DNA from: Camelus dromedarius
Lineage: Eukaryota
Assembly (NCBI RefSeq): GCF_036321535.1
Contig: NC_087438.1
Location: 2,420,001-2,484,000, forward strand
Length of the DNA: 64,000 bases
Direction of reading: 5' to 3'
The notes under the pieces were generated by a model. That model did not search any database. It was not told the DNA's origin and saw only the letters and a program-made list of their open reading frames with translations. The translations under genes and the position numbers were made by a program. Shown piece by piece: positions 51,305-64,000 of the stretch; within the stretch, counting starts at the first letter, position 1; each line of letters starts with the position of its first letter.

Positions 51305-52143
51305 TTTTTTCATGATTTTTTTTTAAATTTTATTTTATTGAGTTGTAGTCAGTTAACAATGTGTCAATTTCCAGTGTAGAGCACAATTTTTCAGTTATAT
51401 GTGAACATACATATATTCATTGTCACATACTTTTTCATCGTGAGCCACCACAAGATCTTGTATACATTTCCTAGTGCTATACAGTATAATCTTGTTCATC
51501 TATTCTATATATGCCTGTCAGTATCTACAAATTTCAAACTCCTAGTCTGTCCCTTCCCACCCACCTCCCCACTGGCAACCACAAGTTTGTATTCTGTCTG
51601 TGACCTCACACCATCATTTAATAGCCATCATTCAAAAGTCCACAAATGACAAATGCTGGAGAGGCTGTGGAGAAAAGGGAATCCTCCTACACAGCTGTTG
51701 GGAATGAAGTTTGGTGCAGCCACTGTTAAAAACAGTACAGAGATTTCTTAAGAAACTAGGAATAGGCCTATCATATGACCTAGTCATCCTATTCCTGGGC
51801 ATATGTCCAGAAGGACCCCTACTTCAAAAAGACACCTGCACCCCAATGTTCATAGCAGCACTATTTACAATAGCCAAGACATGGAAACACCCTAAATGTC
51901 CATCAACAGATGACTTGATAAAGAAGATGTGGTGTATTTATGCAATGGAATACTATTCAGCCATAAAAATGACAACATAACGACATTTGCAGCAACATGG
52001 ATGCTCCTGGAGAATGTCATTCTAAGTGAAGTAAGCCAGAAAGAGAAAGAAAAATACCATATGACATTGCTCATATGTGTAATCTAAAAATAAAAAAAGA
52101 AAGAAAGAAAAGAAAAAGACAAATGAACATAAATACAAAACAG
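51305..52143. mobile_element. Young L1 with twin-priming inversion
   Basis: Antisense tail to 51603, then sense ORF2 end from 51604 (KDTCTPMFIAALFTIAKTWKHPKCPS). 17-bp TSD aatttattctgctttct (51288-51304) / aattgattctactttct (52144-52160). Confidence 0.92.
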
Positions 52144-52599
52144 AATTGATTCTACTTTCTAAAACTTGTCATTAATAGCACTGATTCTCTTTCCCTTTGT
52201 TGATTCAGATCTGTAATCACCTTAGTATTATACTCTCCAATTTTTATATTCCTGATTTTTTCTTTAGTTCTTCTAGCCATTTTAATCTCAGTCTGTTGTC
52301 TTATCCTGACACTTTTTATAGAATCCATTTTTTTGAAAATACAAATAATTTTAACAAATGCCTATTCCTTTATTTGCTATTTTACAAAATATTTACACTC
52401 TGTCTACAACTGTGTTCATTTCTCCTTTTTGTGGAGTTTTACATCTTTGAATGGGGTGGGTTTCATGCCGGCCAGGCAGCTCTTCCTTGTGTGGGTGTGT
52501 TGTGTCAGGCTCTTCTCTCTCTGAAAAAGTGTATGTCTGTCATATCAAAACCTACTTATAGTTCTGTAGGACTGTCCTTAACAGCTTATTCATTTTACT

Positions 52600-52850
52600 C
52601 TCTTAAGGGAAACTGTAAAGCAGAAGGCATTGACAAAAATAAAGAGGGGCATGTTAAAGTGATAAAGGCTTAACACAAAGCAGGTATAACAATTCTAACT
52701 TTGTGTGCATCTTTATAATGCAACTTCAATGTATCTAGAGCAAAAAAATGACGGAAGTAAATGAAACAGAAATGGAGAACTCCATAATCATGGTAGAGGA
52801 GTTTGATATGCTTTTCTTACGAGCAGACAAAAAAGAAAGTTTTCGAAGAT
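52600..52850 (+). mobile_element. Ancient L1 ORF2 endonuclease-domain remnant
   Basis: Translations KNKEGHVKVIKA and EMENSIIMVEEFD resemble L1 EN DKEGHYIMIKG and EIDNSTIIVGDFN. Confidence 0.7.
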
Positions 52851-53520
52851 ATAGAACAAATGAACAGTTGAGGTATGCAAAGTACATAAGATTCAGAAGA
52901 CATGGTTTGAGCAAAATTAGTAAGAAACTTTACATACTTGATGCGTATGTATATACTACAGTCGACAATGGTGGAATATGCACTGTATTTGGGCACAAAT
53001 AAACATTTATCAAACTTTCTATATGCCAGTGTGTTAATTCGCTATTGCTATAAAGATGCTGCCTTAGACCCAGCACAGTAGAGAGGGGCTGGGGGTGTCC
53101 CCCCGCGCTAGGGTGGGGTGTGAGGAGCGGAGGGGGTGGCCTGAGCATGAAGCATAAGGAAGCCTCACGGGCAAGCGTCCGGAAACACTCAGCGCGTGCG
53201 CTGCGAGCCACTTCATGTAGGACTTGTCAGGGCAACATGGATTTCCCCTGCTCTTCCAAGAGCGGTGGCCCTTACCGAAAATATTATAAGCAGAGGAAAT
53301 AGTGGATGGGGAATAATGCGTGTGTGTGTGTCTGTGAAACTGAACCAATTTTAAATACAATGCACAAATGCCTCCAGATTTAAGCACAATAACTCCATGT
53401 CATAATATAATAATTAGCTCCTCTGTGTGCAGAAGAGTGACAGCTTTGCTACAGCTTTGGCATGGCTTGACGATTGCTAATGTCTACATTTACTGTGTCA
53501 AAAACAACAAAAAAGAAAGC

Positions 53521-53826
53521 GGGATTGCCAGGATGGCAGAGCAGCTCGTCCTCTCCCACGAATACACCAAGGATTACAACTGATCAGTTTGCACAAGGTA
53601 CCCGCTGAGCCTTGGCAGAGTATCTCTTGCTTCAGGAATACGAGAAGATTTCTCACAAAAATGGAAAAACAGCAAGGGAGCTATGTTCAATATCTTGCAG
53701 TAACCTCTAATGGAACAGAATATAAAAAGGAATATATGTATATGCAAGTATGACTGAAACGTGATGCTGTGCACCAGAAACTGACACAAAATTGTAAACT
53801 GATTATACTTCAATTAAAAATAAAAA
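53521..53826 (+). mobile_element. Mini L1: 5'-UTR-like head fused to 3' tail
   Basis: Head ccaggatggcagag...ctctcccacgaatacacc...ctgagccttggcagag resembles an L1 5' start. Tail agggagctatgttcaatatcttg...tatacttcaatt plus A tract is an L1 3' end. Confidence 0.65.
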
Positions 53827-53871
53827 CTGAGACTGCTCAGAAATCACTGTTCAACCATTGCTTCAAACTCT

Positions 53872-53960
53872 GTATCTATCCATCTCTCTCTTTCTCTCTC
53901 TCTCTTTCTATCCATCCATCCATCCATCCATTTACCTATCTAGCTACATATGTATCTGTC
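53872..53960. repeat. Compound (TC)n/(TCCA)n/(TCTA)n simple repeat
   Basis: Read directly from the sequence. Confidence 0.85.
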
Positions 53961-55199
53961 TAAATGGAGATATAGACAAATTAATTATACACACAGTCTC
54001 TTGCTCTTGTCCATTTGGGAGACTAATTGAGAATCAAATAAACACGTTTATAACTGAATGGGTTTGTTGACATATCACACAAAGGGCCAAACGCAGTCTC
54101 AGCCTTATCCCAGCTCTTTGGACCAGCTGGTTCCCAATGGGTCAGTCTTTCAGTGGTGGTTCTTATTCAGTTTCTTCCAAGGACCCTCCCATCCTTGTCA
54201 TTTTTAGATTCAGGTCACTGTTGCGGAAGCTGCCGTAAAAGCTCAGAGAGGATGTGTCTTTATACTTATGTTTAAAACTAGCATATTGTGGTTTGCTTCT
54301 GGCCAAATGAGAAAAAGCAAATTCTTCTGACGATGGCAGCAGAATTAAATCATTTGGGATGTCAAGGGCGCTCTGAGTGGTGAGCGCCTACGTGGTGAGC
54401 TTAATGCTGAAATACATTTCCCTTTGTAATCACCACGTCTTTTATTCTTCCAGCTGCACTCAGAAGCATCGTTGCCAACGGCACCTCACAGCCGTCCTGG
54501 GAGGACTGCATTCTGTTACCTGCTTTGCCGATGAAGACATTCACTGTGATGCTGCCGTGGAAAAGATTTACAAAAATGCCCCAAACTCAGTGTTCAAGGC
54601 AGAACACAGTGCTCCTTCCAGTGTGACCTAGGAGCCAATTTAAGACCAAACATAAAGTCTTTCCTTCTTAGTTTCATTAAATTGTACCTGCTTAGATTGT
54701 GTCAATAACGCCTTTTGGCTAGAAAATTTGCCCCCCACCCCTCCCAGTAAGACACATTTAGCAGCTACTGAAGTGTGTTAACTGTAGTAAAGAAAAGTGA
54801 ATAATAGTGACAAAAATTAATGTTTCTTTATCAAGGGTGGTCTGTGCCAGGCACCGGGCTAAATATCGCCTACAAATAGGGCCTACTCAGGGCTCTTCCC
54901 CCGACCGCAGGGGTTCTCTCGTTACCCACCGGTCGGCACCCAGTGAACTGCCGGACCAAGGGTGCTTGGGGGGTTGTGAGCTGCCGAGAGGTGATACTAG
55001 GACCCTGTCACAAGTGGACAGCTCTGCAGACAGCGTGCTGACCACCGGGCCTCTGCCCCGTTACTGTGTCGAGGTCAAATGGTGCCAACGGTGATTCTCA
55101 AATGACTCCGAAATGACCTTCGTGAGAGTCAGCACGTATCAGCATTACTGTCTTTTCCTCGAGGAGATTCACAGGCGATGAGATGTGCAGTCTACCGGC

Positions 55200-55372
55200 C
55201 CCTCTCGAAGTGGGGTCCACGGAGCGCTGTGGCAGAAGCACTTGGGAATCGTGTGAAACATCCAACACCCGGGGCCTCATCGATTGAATCAGATTCTCCG
55301 GAAAAGGAGCTGAGGTTTTAGCAGACATCTTGGGTCCTTCGTTCCACACTGCAGTTTGGTGGTCACTGCCTT
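55200..55372. mobile_element. MER5-like hAT remnant
   Basis: cagaagcacttggg...attgaatcagattctccgg...agtttggtggtcactgcc. Confidence 0.5.
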
Positions 55373-58031
55373 AAATAAAACCTAGGAAGTTGCAAGGAAA
55401 ATACTATTTGAAATGCAAAGTAATGCCTTTATGTGCAACCATAGTCCTTTTTATGGACTGTTTCATTACCCAATTAAAACAAGGAGATTAGCTTCATGTT
55501 GCTTATGCTGCTAAACGTCAAATAGTATAGAAATATTCAAGTCAACACCCGTGGAGGTGAGTTGAAATGGTGACAATCACACATTGCTGGAATAAAAGAT
55601 TTCATAAAACCTCTGGGACATGAAGTACCTTTAAGAGGCAGGTTCCACAGGACAGAATTTGGTGTGTTATCAGAATTGAGGTTGCGATGATGACATAATT
55701 CATCTTGTAAGGAGGATTCCCCTGTCCGCTGAACTCACCAGCATTCTAGTTCACACGCCCGCACACACACCCCTCCTCCTGTGACAACGGACATCGCCAG
55801 CCAGACTGTGCTGGACTTGGCTCTCCCCTGTCTGCCAGTCTCGACTGAACTTGGAAGGGACAGGTGTGGACTCACCTGGACTGTGGCTGGTTAGCGGATT
55901 TTGTCTGTTTCCTGAGGACCTAAATGTATAGTGACCACTTTGGGACCAATGCTGTCCTGTTTGTTAGAGGATCCTGTCTAGAAATGATTAGTGTCGATGA
56001 TTGTCCTATTAGATCTGGATATATTAGCTCCTGGTAGTCAGTTGACTGCTACTTACCAGTTTCGCTGGCCACTGCAGTCAAACAAAGCTCTTCTGACCTC
56101 AAAACAGCGACAGCTTTCTATCACGGCGACGGTGCTGTGCACGCTTCACCCCGGCTCGGCCTCGGGCCACGTCTCCTGGCAGCTCCCCCTGGAGAACTTC
56201 AGCAAATGTGTACGTTTGGGGCAGTCTGATGAATGACAGTGAAAACCACACCTGGAAAGCGAGTCACGGCCACACAGCTGCAGGTTCGCGGCTCCTCGCT
56301 CCTTCAGGGCACGAGGTCGGTGAGCTTGCTCTCTTCCAGCCCCGGGCTTCCCTGGAGCGAGGCAACACCTGGATGCTGGATCTCAGTCTGAAGCGCTTCC
56401 AAAGCCTTTTTAGTTACATCTGATGGAATGTCACCTGCGTGATTTCAAGTCTCACCATCCTTCAAGGGACTGAACACAATGTTATGTTTCTCTATGGTGG
56501 TTCATGCTTGTTAAATATTAAAACTGAAGATTACCACCATAAAAGACTTTCACAGCCGTGGACATTTTCCCGGGTAATAAAATTGTACTTAGTCTTATTA
56601 TTCCTCCTGTGGGGGCATCTCTGGGGTCGCAGAGGCACTGCTGAACTGAAGCTTGAGCGGCACGTTACCAGCTCGCAAGGGGCCGAGCTGCGCAGGGCCA
56701 GGAACGAAAGGCGGAACGCTGTGTGCAATTCGATCTGAGTGCGAACTACCTGTGGATAAGTACCTTCATCTAAACGCGGGCGCAACGTCATTGTTCTCCT
56801 AAAAGAGCCGCCATGAGCTAGATCTCTAATGTAGTAAATCCTATTAAAATGTTTCTTTCGTAACGAAGCTGGCAATGGCCCAAGCTTCCCACAGCGGAGA
56901 TTTCCCTTCCGACCCTCAGCATTTAGTGGACGTACTTGTCATTCATCTGGCCGGGATCTCATAATCGGGGGTATCTTTCATAAGGCATTTTCATGGTCAA
57001 AGGTGGTGTTTCACGCACTGAGAATTCGAGCGCTGTCGGTGGTTAAAAGTCATTGACAAAGATGAGAAGACCGGGCGGCTGCCTGTCTGAAGCAGGGAAT
57101 CCTGCTCAGAGCCTCCGTGCTCACGAGGCCTCGGAAGTTTCACGACCCCAGAAACACCTCCGCAAAGCACTCTGAACTTTAAGTGGCAGCAGTTACCAAC
57201 TTAATTCTCTTCTACCTGCACTTAGTGAAGGAAGACAAAACCCCTTTGGAGGCCGTGGGAAGTCTGTTCATGTGGGAAAACCCTCTTCCCTCTGAAACCA
57301 GTGTCAGCCAGGCGGAAGGACAGCTAGGGGGCGCGGTGGGGGGGTCGGCGGAACGGAAACACAGTAAGATTTTCACTGCAGGCTTTTCTCACACAGCGTT
57401 GGGGCCAGTGCCTGGTGGCCACAGGCAGAGTGGGCTCAGGGCCACACCCAGGGCCATGGGATGCCCATGGGGACTGGCTGCCCAGGCCAGGGGCGGGTCC
57501 ACGTCCTACGTGCCAGGAGGATTGCAGAACGTAAAACTGATTTAGACCTTCATAGAGATGGTTTTCGAGAAGGAGTCGGTGAGGAAGAAGGACAGGGCAG
57601 TCATGCAGCCGAAGGGAGCAGCACCCATACGACTGTCCAGAGTGTGTCCTGGTCCAGCTGCAGAGCCACAGCTGGGTTGGTGGGTGGTGATCGTGGGCGA
57701 TGCAGGTGGAGCTGCCACGGCATTTGATGAAACTGCGTGGAAGGAAGGGCTCGCCAAGCCCAGACAGAAGGGTGCTTAGCTCTCTGGTGACCAGAGAGCC
57801 GCCGTCTTCAGGTGGGCTTTGTTCAAGGCAGCCTCCCCACGGGCAGGGGGAGCTCAGCCCCGCTGGCGCTGGGCAAACGCAAGCCCTACTTTTACCTGAT
57901 GTTGATCACACTCAGAAATCCCCGGATTTCACTAACGACTGTAGGGACTTCCTCCCTGCAGATGTATCACCTGTGGGGAGGGCAGAACAGAGAAAGACAC
58001 CTGAGAGCGAAGTGGGGCGGTACTTGCCCCG

Positions 58032-58470
58032 TGTCGGGCACTGAGTGGGCTCCCAGAGGATGTGTCCACATCCTCATGCCCGGTGCCTGTAAATTGACCT
58101 TATGAGGAAAAAGTGCCTTTGCACATGGACTTACAGACCTTGAGTCAGGGAGATCACCCAGGATTATCTGGGTGGGCCCTGAATCCAAGACAAGTGTCCT
58201 TAAGGGGCCCTGCAGAGAAGACAGTTGGAGAAGGAGCCATGTGCAGAAGGAGGCTGAGTCTGAGGCCCTGTGGCCACAAGCCAAGGAGCCCTGGAAGATG
58301 AGCCAGGAGAGGCAAGAAAGGACCCTCCCCCGGAGTTTCTGGAGGGTCACAGCCACACCAACGCCGTGGTCTGGGACCTCCGGCCTCCAGAACTGGGAGA
58401 CAATAAATCCTGCTGCTTTAAGTCACCAGTTTTATGGAAATCTGTTACAGCAGCCACTGGAAACACACAT
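58032..58470 (+). mobile_element. MaLR LTR, MLT1C-like
   Basis: ggattatctgggtgggccctgaatcca...ggccacaagccaaggag...ggcctccagaactgggagacaataaat...tgttacagcagccactggaaac. Confidence 0.9.
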
Positions 58471-59723
58471 TCAGAACCACAGAGCTTGATGGAGGGAGCC
58501 TGGTGTGGCTCAGGGGAGACAGCGAGGGATGGACCCTCTGCCCAGGGCTGTCCCGGGCTCATCCCCCTCCCACCGTGTTCAGAGTCCGGTGGTGCCGAAT
58601 ACACATCAGTCCCCCAGAGAGTCAGAGCTTTTTTCCTAACTATAGACCATGTGCTTGATTAAAAAATTGATTTTCAATATTGATTTGTTTTGCTTTATAG
58701 TTTGTATGTTTCATAACGTGTCATAATTTGTATTTGAAGCTTTACTGGAATATTCATTTTTAATTTAAGTAATTGGGGAATTAATTATTTATTTCTAGAA
58801 ACTAAAAAACTCAATTTTTTAGAAATATTCGGTAGAATTTTTATCTCATTTCTGGTTGTAAGAGTCAGAATATAAGAAGCTGAAAAAAAGGCTAAAACGT
58901 TAACCCCAGTGGAAAGATGAGAGAATGGCCAAGGACTTAATTTGGTGACACCCAAAGCACGTGTCAGTATTTATTAAATAAATGAGGGGGTGAACAAGAA
59001 ATTGTATTTTTGTAATTTTAATATTGTCCTCACTTCTGGGAAAATAAATAGCATTTCTTTAAAAACTCCTATTTTCAGGATGCCATTAATGATAGTCTTT
59101 TTTTTTAATTTTGAAATTGCACGATTAAAATTAACTTCTTCACTATCAGACGAGCCACAACGTTTTTCTGAAGACCAACCAAGTCGTCATTCTTCTGTGG
59201 GTGACTCTGTTCCCATGCCTACATTTTGTCGTCTCTGCTTCCCTCCTCAGCTGCTCACTGACAGAAAGGTGCCAGGAAAGCCTTTTTCTGAGTGTCTTCT
59301 CACATAGACATTTGCTGTTGTTGGATTTGCTGTTTGAGTGTTTCTGTTACATTCGCAGACTGGTTTGGAGACCTTGTAATAGTTGCTTCCAGTTAGAAAT
59401 CAGCACTTTGCAGATCTTGCAGCATTAGCACATGATGCCGAACTACTGAATTTCTGATTTTATGATGCTTTGCCTTAAGTCTATTCACAAGTCGACAAAA
59501 CAGGCTCTTGGAAGCAGAAATACACACACCCACGAGGCAGCAACGTGCGCTTCTTGGCGGTGTTGGCCTGTCTTGGCTGAAGGAAAGTCTGGGGACCAGC
59601 TCTGTACTCACGGCGCAGGCCAGGTGCCCGGGGGACGCCAGCAGGACAGAGCGAGGATGCGGGAGCCACCAGCTCAGGAGGCTGCAAGGGAAGGGAAGTG
59701 AGTCGAGGCTTCTTTCTGCAAAA

Positions 59724-59810
59724 CACATGGTGCGGATGGAGTCATGTCCGGCAGGCCCACCAGAACCACGTGGTGCCGATGGAGTCACGTCCGGCAGACC
59801 CACTGTGCCC
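59724..59810. repeat. Diverged 43-bp tandem duplication
   Basis: cacatggtgcggatggagtcatgtccggcaggcccac at 59724 and cacgtggtgccgatggagtcacgtccggcagacccac at 59767. Confidence 0.9.
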
Positions 59811-62740
59811 CACGAGGAGCCCAAGGGCCAGGAGGCGGTTCTCTGTCACCACCACGTTCCTGTGTAGCATGGTGACCCTGTGCCAGGCATAATGAAGCCT
59901 TTCCCAGACTAATGATTTGTTCCCAGGATTGACAAGTTGGGAACCAAAGTGATTCCGCTGCATTGTTTTAGAGCCTGAAACAGACAGTAACTTTGGGAAA
60001 ATGGGAGTGAATAAGGAAAGGAGCAAAAATAAAACAGAACAACAATAAGAAAACCAGTCTGCAGCAGTCTGAGGCTTGTGTCATGTCTGGTCAAAGACGT
60101 GAGACACCTTCTTGTTTCTGGTCACTGCTTTACTGATTTATTATAATTTTTATTGTATGGGAAGTAGACATGGAAGAATGACAGGCTTAGGCTACAAACC
60201 TGAAAACAATTTCACGCAAAGAACACACTTCGCAAAGCAGAGGGCTTGGGAAACACGTTGACCTTATTAGTGCTTTTAGATGCTTTTGGAACAAGTCAGA
60301 CTTAAGAGAGGACTTGAGTCAGGAAAATTTTACTGAACCTGGATTTCCACGTTCTCTGTTCTCTTCTGACACCTATTGAGAGATGCTGTTGGAAACCCCT
60401 TAACTTACAGAGCAGGGCAGGCGGATGGGGTGGGGGTGGGGGATGCCCTGCTTCCCGGGACACTTCCATGCCTGGCTCCCCATCCTCCTGAATCACAAAA
60501 CCATCCATAGCATCATGCTCTACAAACTCCCAAGTGGCTAGGTTCTTGACAGTCTTTTCTCACTCGTTTATGCCATTGATACAAACGCTCTGCACGTCCC
60601 CGTGGCTGAGTGTGTTCTGTTCCTACACGCTAGGGAGGAGCGGAAACGGAAGCCAGCCAGGAGAGCCGCAGGCCCGCGCATCCTTTCCTGGGGAGATCTG
60701 CGCCTCACAGGTCCTGGCTTTAAATGACAGCCATTCAACTCCGTTTGGATGAATCTTGCATCGTGTCCTGATCAGAGGAAGAAAAATCTCTGATCCAGGT
60801 GGAGCTGGTGTCCCTGGCATGCAATGAGACACGCGGAAAGCAGGATCAAACCCATTCCTGGGTTAGAACCGAGGCCGGTGCTGAAGAAGCAAACCCTGAT
60901 CCAGGTGGTTTCTCTGATGTGGTCAAGGAGGTCACCTCACAACTGTGTTCAGCACGAGAAAGAATTTTATCTTCAGTGATGTCGATTAATAAGAAAACCA
61001 AAGAGTAGTGCAGCCTCATTTTGTTTGTTTGTCTTCAACTGTTTGCTCCTGGTAGAAAATCACGGATGCTATGTACCTGTCTGATGTGTCATGAAGGTTT
61101 ATCTTGTTGACAAACATCTGTGAGGGCCCTCAGGACACCCAGGAGCTCTGTCTCCGTGCTGACAACGCAGTGCTGAAGCTCCGTCCGCGGAGCCTGCTGC
61201 CCACTCCCCTTCCCGGGGGCTGGGGCGCGGGTTTGAGACGCAGGCACCGTGGACGCAGCGAGAGTGGCCCTGGCTTCAGTCCCTGCACGTCCCTGTGTGC
61301 CTCGCTGCTCGCAGCCTGGGGCAAGCATCTCTCCTGCCTTGAGAAGCGAGTCTTGCTGTCAGCGCTTTCTTGGGGAAGATGCGTTCCTATTTTAAGTGTG
61401 AAGGGTCTCTGTGCAAGAGGAGAGCTGGCGCCCCGGGACGCGTCTTTGTGTGTGTTTGTGGCAAAGGCCTGGAAGCATCATCCGGTCTCCCGCTTTTGAG
61501 GAGGGGGCAGATACGGCAGATTTAAAGCAGGTGAAACTGCACGCCTTCCAATGACCGGCAGCGCTTGGCACGGTGTTTCTATCCTGCCCTTTCATACGTG
61601 GATGTGGACACGTTTTCAGGATGCTTTTTTCCATGCTGACTGTTGGCCCGCGAGAGCCTCAAAGTCCTGGAAGAAAGGGCAGGGACAAGGGGCCAGTCCC
61701 CGGAGACCATGCGGACCAAGTAGATACAAATGGAAAGGAAGGCCCAGCTCCATCTGTGCTGATGGTGGTAAGGGCGGTGGCTTTCCTGCTTCAGAGACGG
61801 CTCAGGGGAGTCAGACTCGCAGCGGAAAGGGAACATGGGGCCCCTTGGTGGACAGGCACGGACCGGGAGCTTTGAAAGAAAACGGTAGCTTTGCTGGATC
61901 CTTTGGAAGAATAACAGAATGGGGGTCTCAGGATCTGCTGAGCGCAGCGCAATTACAGACTTAAGCAGAACTGCAGGCACCAGGGTTCTCCCGCTGAAAC
62001 TCGCAAACTCATCGTTGGCACGTTAGAGGGGTGTCATTCAGCCTCAGATCTGGGAGGCAGGCTACCTGGGGAGGCAGCTCAATTTTGACTTTAGCCATTT
62101 TCCAGCCTTTTTCTCTCAGAAATCCAACTCTCACTGGGCCCCGGCCTTTTAAGACTCCTTGTCTCAGTGTTTCACAGGACTCATTCCCCAGAGAATGGGG
62201 CTCAGGCTCCAAGCCTTCGTGGAAGGGATAGTTGCCGAGAATATGACCCTTTTATTCTGTCCCTTCCCTTTTGTTCACTGAGTTAACCTGTTGAGCTCAG
62301 CACAAAGGACGAGCCGGGGCCCGATGCGCCGCCCCTGAGATGAAGGGTTTGTGCGGGAAGAGCTCCAGGGCCTTTGGCAGAAGGTGCCCGTGGTCGGAAC
62401 GGCCCGCGCCAGGCTGGCCTGGGTCAGACTCAGTCCCGTGGGTGCCCCGGTCTTGCTGGATGAATTCCTTCTCTTCTCTGACCGGATAGAGGGCGCTGTA
62501 CTTTTCTATCAAAGGATCTTGATACAGGTGTGCGGGACTTCTGCAGCTCACTGGTGTCTGAGGCAAAGGGAATTTGGTGCTGGTTAGTTGTCCTGAGGGT
62601 CTAGAAGGCATTTAAGACCTGACACTATTACAGGGTGGGACCCAGCAGCTGACGGTCTTCAATAATGCAAGGCTTCCCTAGATAACGCCTGCCCGGCAGC
62701 CCTCGAGCAGGGCGCAGGCCCCCGGGCAGGCTGTGGTCCC

Positions 62741-62775
62741 CTGATTGGCCCCGCCCACTCGGCCAGGTGGCACTG
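62741..62775. promoter_or_regulatory. NF-Y, Sp/KLF and CTCF-like motif cluster
   Basis: ctgattggcc, ggccccgcccac and cggccaggtggcactg are contiguous within a CpG-rich stretch. Confidence 0.45.
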
Positions 62776-63741
62776 GCATCAGAAGGCCTGGCCTCCATCC
62801 TTCCTGATCAGTAGCGGTGACTCTGCGGACAGATGTGTAAGTGCGTTGTGGTGTCCAGTGGGGCGGCCGGGACACGTCTTGGGCTGAAGACGGGATGTTT
62901 CCAGGTGATGAGCACAAGGCAGGTCCGCGCCCCTGATGCCGCTGCCAGGCCGTCCCGGGGAAGGCGCTGAGCGGCAGCAGCAGGTGGGGCTGTGGGGACG
63001 TGGACTTTGCTGTTTTTCACTCGAACCTTCCAACCGTCCTGTGAGGCAGGCAAAGCCAGGCTCTGAATGGGGCGCCGAGGGCAGCGTGATCACTCCTCAG
63101 GGGCCCAGGGGTCACTGGGCTGCGGCTCCGGCAGCAGATCATGTCCCTGTGAGAGGGAGCCGGAGGCCCAGGACTGCCCGATGCCCCCACTAAAGACACA
63201 CGGCGTCTCGCACCCCCGAGCCTCGTAAATGGTCGTATCTGCTCCTGGACACTTGCGTTGCCCTACACCTGGTAAGTACATAGTTCACGAAAATCCACTG
63301 TCATCAAAGCACGAGCAGAATAAAACTCAGTGTAAATAGGCCACCAGGTGAAACCTTTATGTGCAAAAGATCTTAACAACAAGCACATTGAAACACAGAC
63401 TTCTGCAGAGAGTCAGCTTTCAGATGTGTGTCCCTGTGACAAGCATGTCGTAATGAGGGGAAGTTTTCTTTTTGCTGATGATCTTCAACATACAGACAGA
63501 ATTATTTTGAGTTTTTGGAAAAAAACACTGGATAAAAAATGGGAGCCCATATATTTTTTGGAAACCTATATGTTTTAAACTTCTATTATGAAACTTTCAT
63601 TAAGGTAATAAGAGGTACGTGTATTAATAGAATGTATTATATTCTCACAATATTTTGAAAGAACTGTGTTTAGGAACTGCTAAAACATTCAGTTTTCTTT
63701 ATGGAAGATATCTGATTCCTGGGTTTTATGAAGGTATTTTT

Positions 63742-63815
63742 CTTCCCTCCCTCCCTTCCTTCCCTCCCTCCCTTCCTTCCCTCCCTCCCTTCCTTCCTTC
63801 CCTCCTTTCCTTCCC
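63742..63815. repeat. (CCTT/CCCT)n polypyrimidine repeat
   Basis: Pure C/T tract, followed by a probable antisense L2 remnant (gtctcctgcccccagggagc...ctaagtgggga). Confidence 0.9.
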
Positions 63816-64000
63816 ATGTGTTGACACCACTCTGGCGAGGGAACTATAACACACACTGAATATAAGACTGCAAATGAGATCTAGTCTCCTGCCCCCAGGG
63901 AGCATCCTCTAAGTGGGGAGGAAGGTAGAGAGATGTGAACTGTAGTAGAGGGAAGATGAATTGACAGACCATCAATAAATATGACTGGGTAATACAGCAG

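Noticed and set aside
49484..51980. ORFs with real protein similarity
   Set aside because: They are frameshifted L1 ORF2 remnants, not host genes.
59724..59810. Direct repeats as a CRISPR-like array
   Set aside because: There are only two adjacent diverged copies, with no spacers, in mammalian DNA.
1..64000. Naming the locus or a host gene
   Set aside because: No exon translation matched a protein I recognise. The window may be intergenic or intronic, and a genome search is needed.

Overview
Mammalian non-coding genomic DNA. It is probably camelid, inferred from the L1 3' UTR tails and from the absence of any Alu, Bov-A/Bov-B, PRE-1 or CHR SINE that I could recognise. I found no protein-coding gene: the supplied ORFs are GC-rich chance ORFs, low-complexity artefacts or decayed L1 ORF1/ORF2 pieces. 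The window holds three solo ERV1 LTRs (one MER41-like with a STAT/GAS motif), several MaLR LTRs, two Tigger-derived DNA elements, L2, and many L1 fragments. Some L1s are structurally unusual: two twin-priming inversions, one mini-L1 with 5' and 3' ends fused, and one internally deleted copy with a TSD. There is also a CpG-island-like promoter at about 10.6-11.1 kb, two other compact promoter-like motif clusters, and candidate lncRNA exons on both strands of the first 11 kb. Repeat family names come from recalled consensus sequences, not from a search. I see no evidence for a new multi-gene system.
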